Positions 63,430 to 64,000 of a DNA stretch of 64,000 nt are shown piece after piece. The stretch is taken from NCBI GenBank assembly GCA_035506175.1, contig DATJPZ010000123.1, forward strand, positions 6,980 through 70,979, given 5' to 3'. The first letter of the stretch is position 1. Each line of letters opens with the position of its first letter. A program made the position numbers and the translations under genes. The notes under the pieces were generated by a model, which saw nothing but the letters and a program-made list of their open reading frames with translations, made no database searches and was not told where the DNA came from. Origin of the DNA: Thermoanaerobaculia bacterium. Its GTDB lineage: Bacteria > Acidobacteriota > Thermoanaerobaculia > UBA5066 > Gp7-AA6.

Positions 63430-64000
63430 GTGACACCCGTTCTCGAAAAGGCCTTTCGGGTCTCCGGAGTCCCCGAAAAGCTCCTTCCTCTGTTCGCCCT
63501 CTCCCACGACCTGCGGTGGACGTGGCGCGCCGACCTGCGCGCGCTCTTCGAGGTGCTCGACCCGGAGGCCTGGAAGCGCGCCGGCGGAAACCCGGTGCGG
63601 CTCTTCCGGGAAGTGCCGGCCGAACGCCTCTGGCGCGCGGCCGAGGATCCGGTCTACCAGGAGGAGCTCCTGGCGATGGTCCGGAGGCTGACCGAGGAGG
63701 ATCTCGCCGAGCCGCGGCATCCCGCCGCGCGCGAGCTCGTGGCCCGCGGGGAACGCATCGCCTACTTCTCGGCCGAGTTCGGCCTGACCGAGATCCTGCC
63801 GATCTACGCCGGCGGCCTCGGCGTCCTGGCCGGGGACCACCTCAAGTCCTCGAGCGACCTGGGAGTCCCGCTCGTCGGCGTCGGGATCTTCTACCGGGAG
63901 GGGTATTTCCGGCAGGTCGTCGACGAGGACGGAATGCAGAACGAGGCGTACCCGGTCCTCGAGCCGGACGACCTGCCGCTCTCGGTCGCCGAGACGCCCG
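63430..64000 (+). CDS. glgP: Alpha-glucan phosphorylase (GT35, DUF3417 N-terminus), 3' end outside the window
   Basis: My own translation from the GTG at 63430 reads VTPVLEKAFRVSGVPEKLLPLFALSHDLRWTW...AYFSAEFGLTEILPIYAGGLGVLAGDHLKSSSDLGVPLVGVGIFYREGYFRQ. The frame is open to the window edge. It is not in the ORF track because no stop is reached. Confidence 0.85.
   Translation, partial: MTPVLEKAFRVSGVPEKLLPLFALSHDLRWTWRADLRALFEVLDPEAWKRAGGNPVRLFREVPAERLWRAAEDPVYQEELLAMVRRLTEEDLAEPRHPAARELVARGERIAYFSAEFGLTEILPIYAGGLGVLAGDHLKSSSDLGVPLVGVGIFYREGYFRQVVDEDGMQNEAYPVLEPDDLPLSVAETP

Overview
The window is a very GC-rich, densely coding chromosomal segment. G+C looks like about two thirds or more by eye but was not computed. 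It holds about 50 supportable genes and one tRNA. I saw no rRNA, CRISPR array, transposase or integrase. A PadR regulator directly followed by an ADOP-type duplicated MacB-like permease suggests an Acidobacteriota-like origin, but this is inference only. Because of the GC content, most long ORFs in the six-frame track are Arg/Pro/Gly/Ala-rich antisense or out-of-frame artefacts. I accepted only frames with recognisable family motifs, signal peptides or Shine-Dalgarno-supported starts.

Gene content from left to right:
- Zinc-ribbon protein and tRNA-Gly(GCC).
- A 5.4-kb block of four secreted-protein genes (DUF2950, DUF3300, PKD, CocE/NonD hydrolase), closed by a 46-bp copy of the tRNA 3' half.
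- A TetR-SDR-quinone oxidoreductase unit with two copies of one palindromic operator.
- PhnD-like protein, then PadR with the ADOP permease.
- Phosphoesterase with a DUF4440 protein, a VOC protein, and a DoxX/alpha-beta-hydrolase deletion junction.
- A B12-radical SAM gene coupled to a lysine-tailed VOC protein.
- DUF3943 protein, amidohydrolase, FAD/BBE oxidase, OprB porin and a TolC-like protein.
- An AaeXAB-like FUSC efflux operon and an LhgO-like flavoprotein.
- A complete form-I aerobic CO dehydrogenase cluster: xdhC, mocA, xdhC-YHS, coxD, coxE, coxM, coxS, coxL. CoxL carries the VAYRCSFR loop.
- A BlaI/BlaR1(M56-TPR) pair divergent from a DUF4097 gene.
- An 866-aa DUF4388 protein.
- A 1915-aa Ser/Thr kinase-STAND-TPR protein ending in two family-5 solute-binding domains.
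- A head-to-head HerA/FtsK-like ATPase.
- A DgcN/DgcA-like pair.
- A glgB, GH57, glgP glycogen cluster.

The most unusual items:
- The kinase/SBP5 giant and its start-codon-overlapping ATPase partner.
- The XdhC-YHS fusion inside the cox cluster.
- The integrase-less tRNA-flanked island.
- The operator-bearing BlaI/BlaR1-TPR/DUF4097 module.
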